Assembly: GCA_051294375.1 (NCBI GenBank)
Contig: CM119265.1
Location: forward strand, 24,163,341-24,227,340
Reading direction: 5' to 3'
DNA from: Paraspadella gotoi
Taxonomy: Eukaryota; Animalia; Chaetognatha
Length of the DNA: 64,000 nt
A model generated the notes under the pieces. The model was not told where the DNA came from. It did no database searches and saw nothing but the letters and a program-made list of their open reading frames with translations. This document shows positions 19,724 through 32,260 of this stretch, in pieces. How positions within the stretch are numbered: the first letter of the stretch is position 1; every line of letters starts with the position of its first letter. Position numbers and translations under genes: made by a program.

Positions 19724-21923
19724 ATGAAGAGTTTATTTTTCACGGCGGCTTTCCTCATTGTGGGTGAGTTGACTTGGGCATTTTTCTTTGCGAACCGAGA
19801 GAGATTTAAACGGTTTTATTAAACAATTCACTAATATGCGTATAAAAATTACATTTTTTTTTACAAATTTGACTTCAGGATTTGCGGTAGCGCAGTCTCT
19901 GGTGCTTGAATTTCCCGATGAACAAGGTAAGGCCTCTTAAAAATATTCACACCTTTTTTTTCCTTTGCTTTCTCTTCTTAAAAACAAAAATCACTTTAGT
20001 TTATCGAATTTAAAGTAGAGGACTCGCGAGTTGGCCAAAGTCAAAGTAAAAAAACAAAATAGTTGAAAATAAATGTTTTTCACATAAAAATTAAAGCTTT
20101 TTGTATTTTGTAGATTTCTTTATGAATAATAATTCGAACTTTAATTAAAAATCCTCTTTGAAAGAATCGTAAGAATTTAAACGGTAATATTAATCGACAG
20201 TAACTCATAGAAAATGATTTGACAGTTGTCACTATTGTTCTATTGCACCTATCGATATATAAAAACAATATGTGGCACTATTTTATAGACGCCTCTTTTC
20301 GTTCCTAATTCCTAAATTTACAATAATCTTTTAAAAATAGTTAACCCAATGTTCAACCTAACCTAATCCTTAATTCTATTCCCTCACCCAAAGTCTTATT
20401 CCCTAACTTTAAAACCAAACAAATGACCATAAAACCATAACCGAAAAACAAGTCTAACCTAATTTACAAGCCTAATCTCTAAGCTAAACCTTTTTCCTAA
20501 CCCATACACTAAATTCAGAATATAAGCTGAATATATTAGAATAATTTTTTTGCAATATAAATTGCTTAAATTTTTTTTGCGACCCGTTTTACCAACCTCT
20601 CCATTTTCCTCAAATGAAAATAAAAATAAACAAAATAATGCTTTTTGTTCCTTTTTGTGATTTGTTTATGAATACGCTTTATTAGAATCAATATTATTTT
20701 GAATCATATCTCATCGCTTATTTTATACAATTTTTTCACTTTAAATTACATCTCTGTATCATTTTCAAACTTTTAGGCTAACGATAGGTTTGAATTTAAT
20801 AATTTAAAAACAATTTTGATTTTTTGTTAAAATTTAATTTAATTGAACGTCTACAAATTTTTTTCCAATAAATTTCAATAAATTGCAATAATTTCAATAA
20901 TTTCAATAATTTCAATAATTTCAATAATTTCAATAAATTCAATTTTTTTCCAATAAATTTCAATAAATTTCAATAAATTCAATAAATTCATTAAATTCCA
21001 AGAAATTTTTTTTTTCAATAAATTTATCTAACTTTCTTTTTGAAACTCTTTTTTTTGATATAAACTAATCTATAAACTATCTATGATTACATCTGTCTAT
21101 CAACCTCTTAACCTCCTAACTTTTTAAAGATGCTACAATTCTTATTGTCTCCTTACCCGCCTTACTTTTCCAGCTGCCGCACCCGCGGAGGAAATGAAGA
21201 GAGAGATGGAGGAGATCGATATGGCGGAGGCGGAGGAGGAAGAGAAAAGGGAGGAACCCGAGGAGGAGGAAGAAGAAGAGGAAGAGGAGGAAAAGAAGGA
21301 GGAAGCCGAGAGCGAGGAAGAGGAAATGACCGAGGAAGTCGAAGAGGAGAAAGAAGAGGAAGAAGAAAAGAAGGAGGAGAACGAGGAGGAAGATAATTTC
21401 GAGGAGGAAGAGGAAGTCAATACGAGGGAGGCGGAGGAATTGAGCGCGGAAGTAGCGGAAGAGGAGGAGAAGAAGGAGGAAGGAGAACTCCAGGAGGAGG
21501 CGGAGGAGACGAAGAGGAGCGAGGAGGAAGAAGAGGAGGAAGAAGTCCCGGAGGAGGCGGAAGAAGCCGAGGAGATGAAGAGGAGCGAGGAGGAGGAAGA
21601 AGAGGAAGAAAACGAAGAGGAGAAGGAGGTCGATGAGAGAGAAGAGGAGGAAGAGAAAGAGGAAGAGGAAGAAGCCTCTGAGGATAAACGTGAGGAAGAA
21701 GAGGAGGAGCAGACAGAGGAAGAGCCGGAAGAGGAGAAGAAAGAGGAGGAGGAAGAGAAGACCGAGGAGAATGAAGTTCGCGCGAAGAGATCAATCCTGG
21801 AAATCCTCGCAGGTGCGACTTGGTTTGTCTCTAGGAATTTTTTCTTGTAATTTTCACATTGTTTTTTTTTTTGAAGAGAGAGATGGAGAGAGAGAGAAAG
21901 AGAGAGAGAGAGGAAGAGAGAGA

Positions 21924-21983
<60 letters not shown>

Positions 21984-22272
21984 GAGAGAGAGAAGGGCAT
22001 TAATTGTATGATTAAGTATATTTCATCGAATAGAGATCAAAGCCAGATATGACAATTATTTTTTTGGACGTTGTTTTTACAAAGTCTTGTTAGTTTAATC
22101 TCGTTAATCGTTTTCTATAGTTAACACTAGTTAACATTAGTTAACACTTAAAAAAATTTCGTACCTAAAGCCCGAATTAAGTAACTACTAGAACTTAGAA
22201 ATTGTCTCATCTGTTTTTGTAGAAATAAACTTAATCCTGAAATTTGTCATTTATTTTGTAGGAAGCCAATGA
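19724..22272 (+). CDS. Secreted Glu-rich proprotein A (granin-like or peptide precursor), ~245 aa
   Basis: Exons 19724-19763 (MKSLFFTAAFLIV), 19879-19926 (GFAVAQSLVLEFPDEQ), 21174-21812 (poly-Glu with several KR sites, ending EVRAKRSILEILA) and probably 22262-22272 (GSQ*), all phase 1. Signal-peptide-like N-terminus. The last exon is less certain; the unspliced alternative ends ...SILEILAGATWFVSRNFFL* at 21850. Confidence 0.8.
20868..21021. repeat. (TTTCAATAA)n 9-mer minisatellite
   Basis: Tandem atttcaata units in intron 2 of proprotein A. Confidence 0.85.
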
Positions 22273-23179
22273 AGAATTGACATCGACTTCGCTTTGAAAA
22301 TGTTTTGAAGCTAAATTCACCATTTACCGAATGTATGCTACACATCATTGATGGTATGTCAGATATCTCAATTCAGATATCTGACATTTTATTGACCGCG
22401 GCAACTGACACTGGAATAGTAGTAATTAAATGTGTCCATGATGACGCGCATTATCGATTAACTTAATAAATTTTCATGTTCTTTATACTTTTATGAAAAT
22501 AGCGAGCCGTTTTTAGTTGGAATAAGTAAGATAATACCTCGAGCGCAACAACTAGTAAAAAAGATTTCTTATTGATGATAGCATTACGAAAGAGGAAGAA
22601 TGGATTTCTAAAATGTACCAAGTGTTTCAGTACGAAGGGAGAGATGTAGTTGTTTTCTCGTTGTGGAATAAAGTTTTTGGAAAGAATTATAAATCCTATC
22701 AAAATTCTGTCAAAAGTCAGAAAAAAGATATGGAATGAATGGATAATTGTTGTATTGGTTGTACCAATTTCATCTGAGAGGAACAAGAAGGGATAAAAAG
22801 TTTTAGTAACATCTATCACTCTTTGGAAAGAAGTCAAAAAGCCTCTTTAGTGGCACTGAAACATTTAGCTTATAGATTTGACTAAAAACCAAAAGTCAAA
22901 ATTTTTTTTGTTTTTTATATAATTAACCAACGGGTAAAAACAAAATGACAGTCAACAGAAAGGAAAAAAAACAACTTTTAAATAGTAAAAATTGCAAGGG
23001 TAAGAGTTATTTATAAAGTGACACTAAAAATTAAAACGTTCTATAAATGACTTTTTAAAAAAACGAGCTCACGCAAAAATTACTCAAAAACGAAAAGAAT
23101 GTAGAGAGATCATCAAGCTACTCTATTTGACGCTGGGACAAAAAAAATTAAAACCCAATATGAGAAAAAAATCATTGAA

Positions 23180-23958
23180 CAGGGACCTGCAATGTCATTT
23201 TCTGTAAGAGTGATGGAGGCCTTAAACCACCAAAGCCTGTCCAAAGTCAGGGGCAAGATAGCTTATTTATTAAATGAATGGATAAATTTTATATTGGTTG
23301 TACCAATTTCATAAAATTCAGCTCCTTGTATTTTGATGCTAGTGCGGAGTACAATAAGTATTCCCCGATCTAATACTTAAGGGAGTGGTCTTTTCATACA
23401 ATTGAAACATTCTTTGAAATATTTTCCACTTCATTGATAGGGAAGCCAGGTACTCTGGGAGTGAATAAACGAGATTGTGAGAGAGTCTTGATTGAAAGCT
23501 TGCAGGGACCTGCTATGTCATTATCTTGTAAGAGTGATGGAGGCCTTAAACCACCAAAGCCTGTCCAAAGTCAGGGGCAAGATAGCTTATTTATTAAATG
23601 AATGGATAATTTTTATATTGGTTGTACCAATTATAAAATTCAGCTCCTTGTATTTTGATGCTAGTGCGGAGTACAATAAGTATTCCCCGATCTAATACTT
23701 AAGGGAGTGGTCTTTTCATACAATTGAAACATTCTTTGAAATATTTTTCACTTCATTGATAGGGAAGCCAGGTACTCTGGGAGTGAATAAACGAGATTGT
23801 GAGAGAGTCTTGATTGAAAGCTTGCAGGGACCTGCTATGTCATTATCTTGTAAGAGTGATGGAGGCCTTAAACCACCAAAGCCTGTCCAAAGTCAGGGGC
23901 AAGATAGCTTATTTATTAAATGAATGGATAATTTTTATATTGGTTGTACCAATTTCAT
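23180..23958. repeat. Tandem repeat, ~322-bp unit x ~2.4, belonging to a dispersed family
   Basis: Units start at 23180, 23503 and 23825 (cagggacctgc...). Related fragments at ~22733-22772, ~31730-31820 and ~37390-37480 (+), and at ~41790-41855 and ~45055-45235 (-). Confidence 0.9.
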
Positions 23959-26330
23959 AGTATTTTGGGAAATTACGTCAAATCGAAGTACGTAATTCAG
24001 GTAATTATGAATACTTTCGAATTCCAAAACTATTGAATCAAAAAGTCAGAACAGAGAGCTTTAGTAAAGCCTTTACTGTATCTTTCGAGCTAAAACAGTT
24101 CAATAACATTTCAGGAGGAGATTAACGCTTACTAACCTGTTCTTTAATTGCCATTGCTTTTTTTTTGTTTAGAGAAATCCACTACGTTGTAATATTTGCA
24201 GCTTTAATAATTTATACAATTTAAATCGAATTGGTTTGAAAACTTACGTGCATAGTAAATATTATCTCATCAAACGGGAAACATGACTGATGAACGGTAT
24301 CCTGACTCTCTTTCCCGAGAATGCTTCATATCTTCCTTTATCCTATGGTGAACTAAAATCCACCAACCGTTCGTCAGCGGCCATTGGTAGGAGGCAACAC
24401 TGTAACACGGTGTTACAGCCTGATTCAAAGCTCAGGGATTTCTTATATTGAACGGTTCTTTCATTAATTCATTAATATTAACAAGTATTACTGTCCCTTC
24501 AGTAACAAAATTTAATTTCAATTTTAATACTAAGTCTTGAACCTCTAACACAATTCCCTAACCCTAAACCATTATATGGAATTTCTAACCTTAAACCTTA
24601 GTGCCTAACCTAAATCCATAACATTATCATTAACCTAATCCTGAAACTATACTCTAACCTCATTTTTAATTTAAGATGAAATTGAGTGTTCTGGGAAAAT
24701 AAGGACAATAAGGATAATAAGGATAATAGCTGGCATTGCAAAGGTCCACACTCCACAGCATTACACAATTTCAAGCCATATTTTTTTGTTTAAATTATAA
24801 AAATGAATTACTCTTCAGACGTTAATCTAAAAGTCATTGCCCGTAAATGTTGCCGGCGATTTTACAGACGCGTTCGTTGACCCAAAATGAGATTTCAATT
24901 CCGACCAATTGGTTTTCACGTCAGTTGATAAACCTTAACGTCTGCCTTCTTTTCCGGGATCGTTGGACGCCAATGCGTACGACGACGACGACGACGACGA
25001 CGACGACGTCAAGCAAAATCCCAAAACGTCTTTTTTTTGGCGACACCCAAACTATGAAAGCTCTGATTTAACGGGAAAACGCCCAAAGTCGCTAGAACGA
25101 AAGGAAAAAAAAAAAAGAAAAAAAGAAAAGAAAAAAAGAAACGCCTTTTGTTCGTTGATCTTAACTTTTTTGTTGCTTACGCTTTGCGTTATTGTCAAAT
25201 GATTTATGGCGGTGCATTGTTGTCAGTTGATGTAAATCTATGTGTAGTTTGTGTACCCTGAATAGTACGTCATTTCTTCTAATTTATACACAAGTATTAT
25301 AATTCAATGGCGAGAAAAAGATTTGATTTGGTTGAAAACAATTTTTGTGAGTTATGGAGCTTGAAAAATGACAGAGGGACAGTCTTGCGTGAAGACGAAA
25401 CTTGACGAGCTGGAAAATCTAGCTGGAATTGATGCATTGAGCAAGGAATTATTTTAAAATCTAATTAGAACATTGTAGGTTTTGTCCCAAAAATTTTACG
25501 TATTATTCCTTTAAAACAGTTTAAATAGTGTCTTTTTTGAAATTTCTGTGAGTATAGATTTTTAAAATAAAAAAAATGTTGTAGGCGATTTTTAGATTTC
25601 AATCAAGTTGAAATTGATCGTATGAATTTTAGACTGTGAGGGGAACTAAAGTGAAAACAATTGATTTTGGGCTCGAGACTGTCTATGATCGCTTTATTAC
25701 TTAGTTAATGGTTTAGTTAATCGTAAGGTTGTAAACGGTGAACAAGTTGAGTCAATCTTCGATAAGTGTTCCTGAGACGTAACCCCCCACTGCCTGTAGC
25801 CACGCCCATAGTTGACGAACAGGCGACCATCTGGCTTTTTGGGCTTTGCTGCGCGCGTCATTCTGCGCAGACTAAATTTGCACTGTTGAGGAAATTTACG
25901 ATGATACGTACTTCATAGGTTAGTAGGATGTACATCTTAAACCTTTTTTTGAATGAGATCTGAGTGTTAACAGCGCAGTGCTCTTGTTGTTTTAAGAATT
26001 ACGAGAATTTTTTAGTCAAAATGAGGTTGCAAAGTTTCCATGACTCTGAATAAGCAAATAGCCAAATACTAAATGTTTTTAGGTCGTAAAAATTAATAGT
26101 ATTAACAGTATTTGCGCAAAATCGATATAAAAAGAAAGCGAAAGTTCGTAGCTTATTTTCTGACACAACTACTGACAGAATTACTGACAGAATTACCCAC
26201 GCAACATTACCGCCCAACTTTTATTTTTCTTTGCAGAGAGAAAAATCTTTGTGGATCTCTCTCACGTATTCGCGGGTCCTCCCTTCGATTATGGGCGTCG
26301 TTGTTTTTGGTCGCCAAGGATCTGAAAAGG

Positions 26331-26362
<32 letters not shown>

Positions 26363-26413
26363 ACCGGTCCCCCTAAAGAAAGGCGCCGCCCTCGTTGACG
26401 ATCCTCTTCGGAC

Positions 26414-26420
26414 TATAAAT
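26414..26420 (+). promoter_or_regulatory. TATA box of proprotein B
   Basis: tataaat ~120 bp upstream of ATG 26538 and just downstream of a (GAC)n tract. Confidence 0.5.
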
Positions 26421-26537
26421 ATTCGCCTCCGAATTTCGAATCTCGACTCCGTTAATTCTTTTCCATCAGATCAATTGATCCAAGTAAACTTTATTTTTTT
26501 TTCTTTTTCGAAAAAAAAGAAAAGTAATTAATCCAAG

Positions 26538-27955
26538 ATGAAGACCCTTTTGGTTTTGGTCGTCGTGTGTCTCTTGGGTGAGTTAAAGTTTGGGCGCTCT
26601 TTTCCGAAAGTGCCCCATTTTGGTGGGTTTTATAACTATTTTAATTTGATGAAAAACGAGATGTTTTTGTGATAAATATTCATTATTTTGTGGTCTTAAA
26701 ATCGCAAGTAAAAGGACCAATAAATGGTATCTGGTCAATCAGATCCATCTGGAGGCCTGTTCCCTGCGATAATAGCTTAAAATTTAAAAAAAATTCCACT
26801 AAGAAAGATCAATTTTAATCGTTAAATTTATAAGTAGTCAAAAAGTTTTTAGATCGTAACTTCCGTTGTCAACTCTTTAAATTTTTAATATTTATGACAA
26901 AGATTGTTAAAAAAAAAATAATTAAAAAAAATAATTTAAAGATTGTGATGGAATGAAAAACATAAAATCTAAATCCAGAAGACTTTATTTTGCATGATAT
27001 GGTTTCTGCGAAGCAAGAGATCACACGCTATTAATCTCGGGTTCGACTCAACGAAAAATGAACGTTGTGTAGTGACGTAATATCAACAGTTGAAAGTTTT
27101 TAAGATTACTTAAAAAAATATTTTCATTTTTTAAAATCAGGAGTCCACGCCAATCCCGCCAACACTGATGACCTCCTTAATGGTAAGAAAATTTTAATAA
27201 TAGTAAAATATTTCACGTGTACGATTTAAGAAAAAGTTATTTGACTAAGTTGGCAAGATTCTTTTTGAATATTTACGCATATTCTCATATTCTCATCTAT
27301 CTCCCTTTTTCTTTTTCGTCTTTCCTCTTTCTCTCTTTCCTCTTTTCCATATTCCTCTACTTCTTTTTTCCGCCTTTCTTTCTTCATCTTTTCCCGACTT
27401 CTTTCCTTTCCTCCCTTTCCTCCCTTTCCTTTCCTCCCTTCAGTCCTCGCCAACGCCGCCGAGGAGAAGAGAGAGGCGGAGGAACTCGCGGCTCCCCTCG
27501 CCGAGGAGGAGGCCAAGCCCGAGGAGCCCGCCGTGGAGAAGAAGGAGGAAGAGGAGGAGGAAGAAGAAGAGGTAGAGGAGGAAGCCAAAGAGGCCGAGGA
27601 CGAGTCCGAGGAGGAGGAAGAGGACGAAGAAGTCGAGGAAGTCTCCGAGCTCGAGAAGAAGGAGGAGGAAGAGGACGAGGCTCTCGAAGAAGCCGAAGAT
27701 ACCGAGGAGTCCGAGGAGGAGAGAGAGGTGGAAGAGGAAGCGGGAGAGGAGGAGGAATTGAGCGCCGAAGTCGACGACGATTCCAACGCGGAAGAGGAAG
27801 TCTCCGAAGAAGACAAGAGGGCGAACGACGTCAGCTTGTCCTACGACGAGGATTCGGCCGAGGAAGCCGAGGAGGAGTTGGAGGAGATGCAAGAGGAGGT
27901 TCAGGAGATGAAGGAGGCGAAGGAGGAGCAGATCGCCAAGCTTAATACGGAGTAG
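26538..27955 (+). CDS. Secreted Glu-rich proprotein B (paralog of A), 197 aa
   Basis: Exons 26538-26577 (MKTLLVLVVVCLL), 27141-27182 (GVHANPANTDDLLN) and 27444-27955 (VLANAAEEKREAEE...EELSAEVDDD...EDKRANDV...IAKLNTE*). Phase 1/1 introns, a 40-nt first coding exon as in A, and the shared EELSAEV motif. Confidence 0.85.
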
Positions 27956-29777
27956 GATGATCTGGAGGAAAGATTAAAGAGACTCTTATTTTTTTTTTTA
28001 AATATCTCATCCCTTCCCCCCAATAATATTTCCCCCCCCCCCATTACTACTTCGGGGTGACCTAATTACATCCGGGGCCTCGACTAAAATATCAACTTCT
28101 CGAGCTTTGCCCTATTTACATCATGGAGCTCGTAAATTCAACTAATGTCTCCAAATTACATCCGGGGACGGATTCCGGTTCCCAATGACATCCGGGTCAA
28201 CCGTGGATTCAAAAACAATAAATAAAGGAACGACGTTGAGATCAAAACAAAAAACTGTGACTTTTTTTTTGCTCTATTTTTTTTTCATATGTGAAGCTCT
28301 TTCTGTGTTTGATGCCGGAGCGGCTCATTTTCCTCGGGCAAATATATATTAAATTTCTCAGTTTATAAACCCGAGGATAAATGACTCATCCGGAACTTTT
28401 TTTTGTTTCACCTTCATTTGACTCATCTCAGTAGAATTTTCTTCCATCGAAATTTCCCCGTAATTAAATTGTGGGGAAATTTCATGGACGGAAAAAGTAG
28501 ATTTTTAAAAGTTAGTACCAATTTAATTTTTTTTGTTTTGGAAAATGGAATTAACCACAGCCGACCTCTAGTTTGTAGATTAGATTGTGAGAAAGTATGA
28601 TAGCGGATTTATTTGGAATTCGTTGTCTCTCTTCTAGTCGGTACTTATTTCGAACGACTGTTAAACTATTTTGCTTTTTCGATGTAAATCGCGCAAATAA
28701 AACATTGACGATTTCTATATTTTGTTAATTATTGTCTTTTATTAAGAAAGATAAATGGTTTTAACTTAAATACGTAACGTAACGTAAATATGGAGAATAA
28801 TTCATTTTTAGAAATAACGTCGTGACATAGAAAGAAAAGGTTTAAAAAAACTAAGCAATAGATGAAAGATGTACTACCAGTAAAACTAACGGTAAAATTT
28901 ATTATTAAGGGTTTAAAAACTTATTATTTTACAACATAAATTTTGTTCAACATGAACTTTATTCACTTTCATATAGCGGTTTATTGACTCCGCGTATCCG
29001 AGCGGAAGTCCATCGAAAAAGAAGGAATTACTTAATTTTGTTTAATTGGAATCAAAGCGACTGACGAACAGACATAATGACGGACAAACAAACAAAAAAA
29101 ATAGACGAGTTTACGAGCGGCCTGAATTGAAAACTACGAATGGAAAAATGAAAGAAGTGAGACGTTGAATTTTAGAAATATTTCCTATATCGGGTAGAAC
29201 ATGAAAATCACATAATTTTGAAACTATAAAATATAAGAGATCAGATGTTAAAAAAAACAAAAACAAAAAAAACAAAAAAAAAACATAATTTTGAAATCTC
29301 TCAAAGCTTGACAGATTACTTAAGTCTTAAGAGTTAAGACATCGCACTGAACAAAGTTGAATGACAATGAATGATTTTTGTCATGATTATTAGGGTATTC
29401 AAAGCAGATACCGCTTTCAGAAAACTTGGAACATCATTTACAATTCCTGAAAGAAAAACATCTGCATTTAAATAAATCTAACCGAGCATTTATTCGCCTT
29501 TTCCTTTTCCCAAAAGCATCGCTGTTTGCGAAAGTTATCATTAGTGTCATGTTGTCCATTGTGACAAGTTATCATTAGTGTAATGTTGTCCATTGTGACA
29601 AGTTGTTTCGTGAGTCGTTTAAATCTGTTATCGTTTTTAAGCTCAACCGCGCTCACTCTAATATCTCCTATTGGAATTTCAATGTTTCTACATTGTAATT
29701 GATTCTTTCGTGTATCTTTTTTGAGCGAACAACAGAGAGAGAAAAGAGAAGAGAGCAAAGAGAGAGAGAGACGAGAG

Positions 29778-29852
<75 letters not shown>

Positions 29853-30378
29853 CGAGCGAAATATTCGTGTGAGAATCTTGGAAATTGGAATCTCTTGGGA
29901 CCGAAAACTCACCTTCGTTCTTAATTTAGAAAAAAAAGAAGAGAGAGAATCGTAGAGTTTCTTTCCAATTAAGGTTGTTCATCGAAGATCGGTAAACAAA
30001 TGTCGCTACAAGAAGACCGACGAACCGAAACGACCGACAAACCGACAGACCGACCGCCGCTCTTGAGCAAAGTGGCCACAGAGCACGCCTGGCACTTTGG
30101 TCTGAGCAGAAAATCTGGCAAAGACTGGAATCAGGATCTGTATTGCAAACTGCTCGCTGGAATATTGCTTGCATCCTAATTCTCCAGACGATTTTTTTTT
30201 GGTAAATATTAACATGAACATCGTAAAGTAAAAATTAACTGCATGACAAACTTTTTCTAAGCGAATATGCTGAGCAAATTAAGCTAGAATAAACAATACG
30301 GCGTAGTTTATTTTTTGCAGCTCGATGTCTTTAGCCCGACAATTTGTTTTGACACTTGCTCTCTCTCTCTCCTCTCCT

Positions 30379-30433
<55 letters not shown>

Positions 30434-30458
30434 CTTTATTCTAGATAAGAAGCCTTTT

Positions 30459-30538
<80 letters not shown>

Positions 30539-31510
30539 TTATCTCTCTCCTCTTTTCTCCTCTCTCTCTCTCTCTCTCTCTGCTCGTTATTTTTCCTGCC
30601 GCTGGAAGAAATTGCAGACAAAGATTGCACAAGTTGCAGACGAGACTTAGCGCTCATTCCTCTCTCTTCTTCTAATGATTCACGAACGAATTTTTTTTCC
30701 GTCAAATTTTTTATTTTTAAATCTTGAGTCTTCGAGAAATTTTTATTCCAGATAGTCATCGTCGTCGTCGTTGCTGTCGTCGTCATCGTCGTCATCGTCG
30801 TGGACACACCTTCGATCCGGCAAACTAGTTGTCGCACGAAACTGAATTTTGATTAAAATCAAAATCGAAAGTTGGAATCTTTTTTCGGGTTTTTTTTTTA
30901 ATCAAACCGGATTTAAATATAGAATATTTGAAAAAGTAACAATAAAAATAACTCGAAAAACCTGAATTCGTTTTAGCGAAGATTTTTTAAAAATTTATTG
31001 TGGCTCCGTAAGCATTTTTCTGCCTTATACGTACATCCGCCTCGCTTTTGTGGGAACTAGATTTTTTTTGCAAATACAAACTTCCCCGGACGAACTTACT
31101 TTAAAGAGACGAAAAACAATCAAAGAAAAACTTCTTTCTCGTCAAACTGAAAACTATTTTTTTTTAAATTAAAAAGAACATTTTTTTGGTATATTTTTAG
31201 ATCGTCGATAAACGAATTCGAAGTTTACAATACTGTTTATCCCCAAATTTTCTTTTAGTTCATGAACGAGGGCGTCGAACTATCATCCCTCTCTACAGCT
31301 TAAATAATCTTAGATACCCATCCTTCGCCAGACTCCGCATTATTTCTACTTAACTCACCCACCCAACAGTCTCGCCAGACTCTCGCCACACTCACGCCAC
31401 CCCCGCTAATTCCCACCTAATCACCCCCGGACTTCACTCCGAATTCCCGATGTCCTATCGCCGCCTTCGCTCCGACTCTTCTGACCCTCGATTCCGTTCC
31501 AAATCCAAAA

Positions 31511-31541
<31 letters not shown>

Positions 31542-31840
31542 CGACGATGAAGACGAAGTCGGAAAAACGAAAAAACCAGATTCGATGGAGAAAACGAAAG
31601 CGGCTTTCGTCCTAGCAGGTCGACGCCCACAGTTTGTTTCTTCCTTATTTATTTACTTTTAAATTGTTTGTTTTTAAATTTGTATTTAGTATTGGAATAT
31701 TATTAATCTCTAAAATATTTAATACTTGTAAGAATGTTGGCGGCCTATTCCACCAGACACTCTCCAAAGTCAGGGCAGTGGTAATTTTATTTAAATAAAT
31801 GAATAGTTTTATATTGTTTGTTGAGAAGAGAAGAGAAGAG

Positions 31841-31871
<31 letters not shown>

Positions 31872-32260
31872 AGATAAAGAAAAGAAAAGAAAAGAAAGAA
31901 AGAAAAGAAAAGAAAAGAAAAAGAAAGAGAAGAGAAGAGAGATATACACAATAACGTTAGGGAAGAGAGAATATGAAAGAAAAAAAACAGGTGCCATCTT
32001 AATGTGGTAGGTCAGCAAAATTAAAATCTTGTACAAGATAACGTAAGATAATCTAAGATAACCTAAGATAACCAAAGATAAGAGAAGAGAGAAACAGAGA
32101 CAGATACATTAAGACGAATTGTGCGTCTAATAATTAGGCTAAGAATCGAATCTCTATTTTCGTCGAGAAAAATCTCTTGACGTCAGAGTATGTAGAATCT
32201 TTCTTTTTTTCTTTTTTTTGATTCATCGATCGAAANNNNNNNNNNNNNNNNNNNNNNNNN

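Noticed and set aside
20340-20510. Degenerate (CCTAA/CCTAAC)n here and at ~24540-24660 as interstitial telomere
   Set aside because: Too irregular to call; more likely a repeat-associated low-complexity tract.
22463-22837. Retrotransposon reverse-transcriptase fragment next to the 322-bp repeats
   Set aside because: No RT or endonuclease motif could be read in any frame.
25368-25457. Short ORF MTEGQSCVKTKLDELENLAGIDALSKELF
   Set aside because: Only 29 aa, with no splice partners or recognisable homology.
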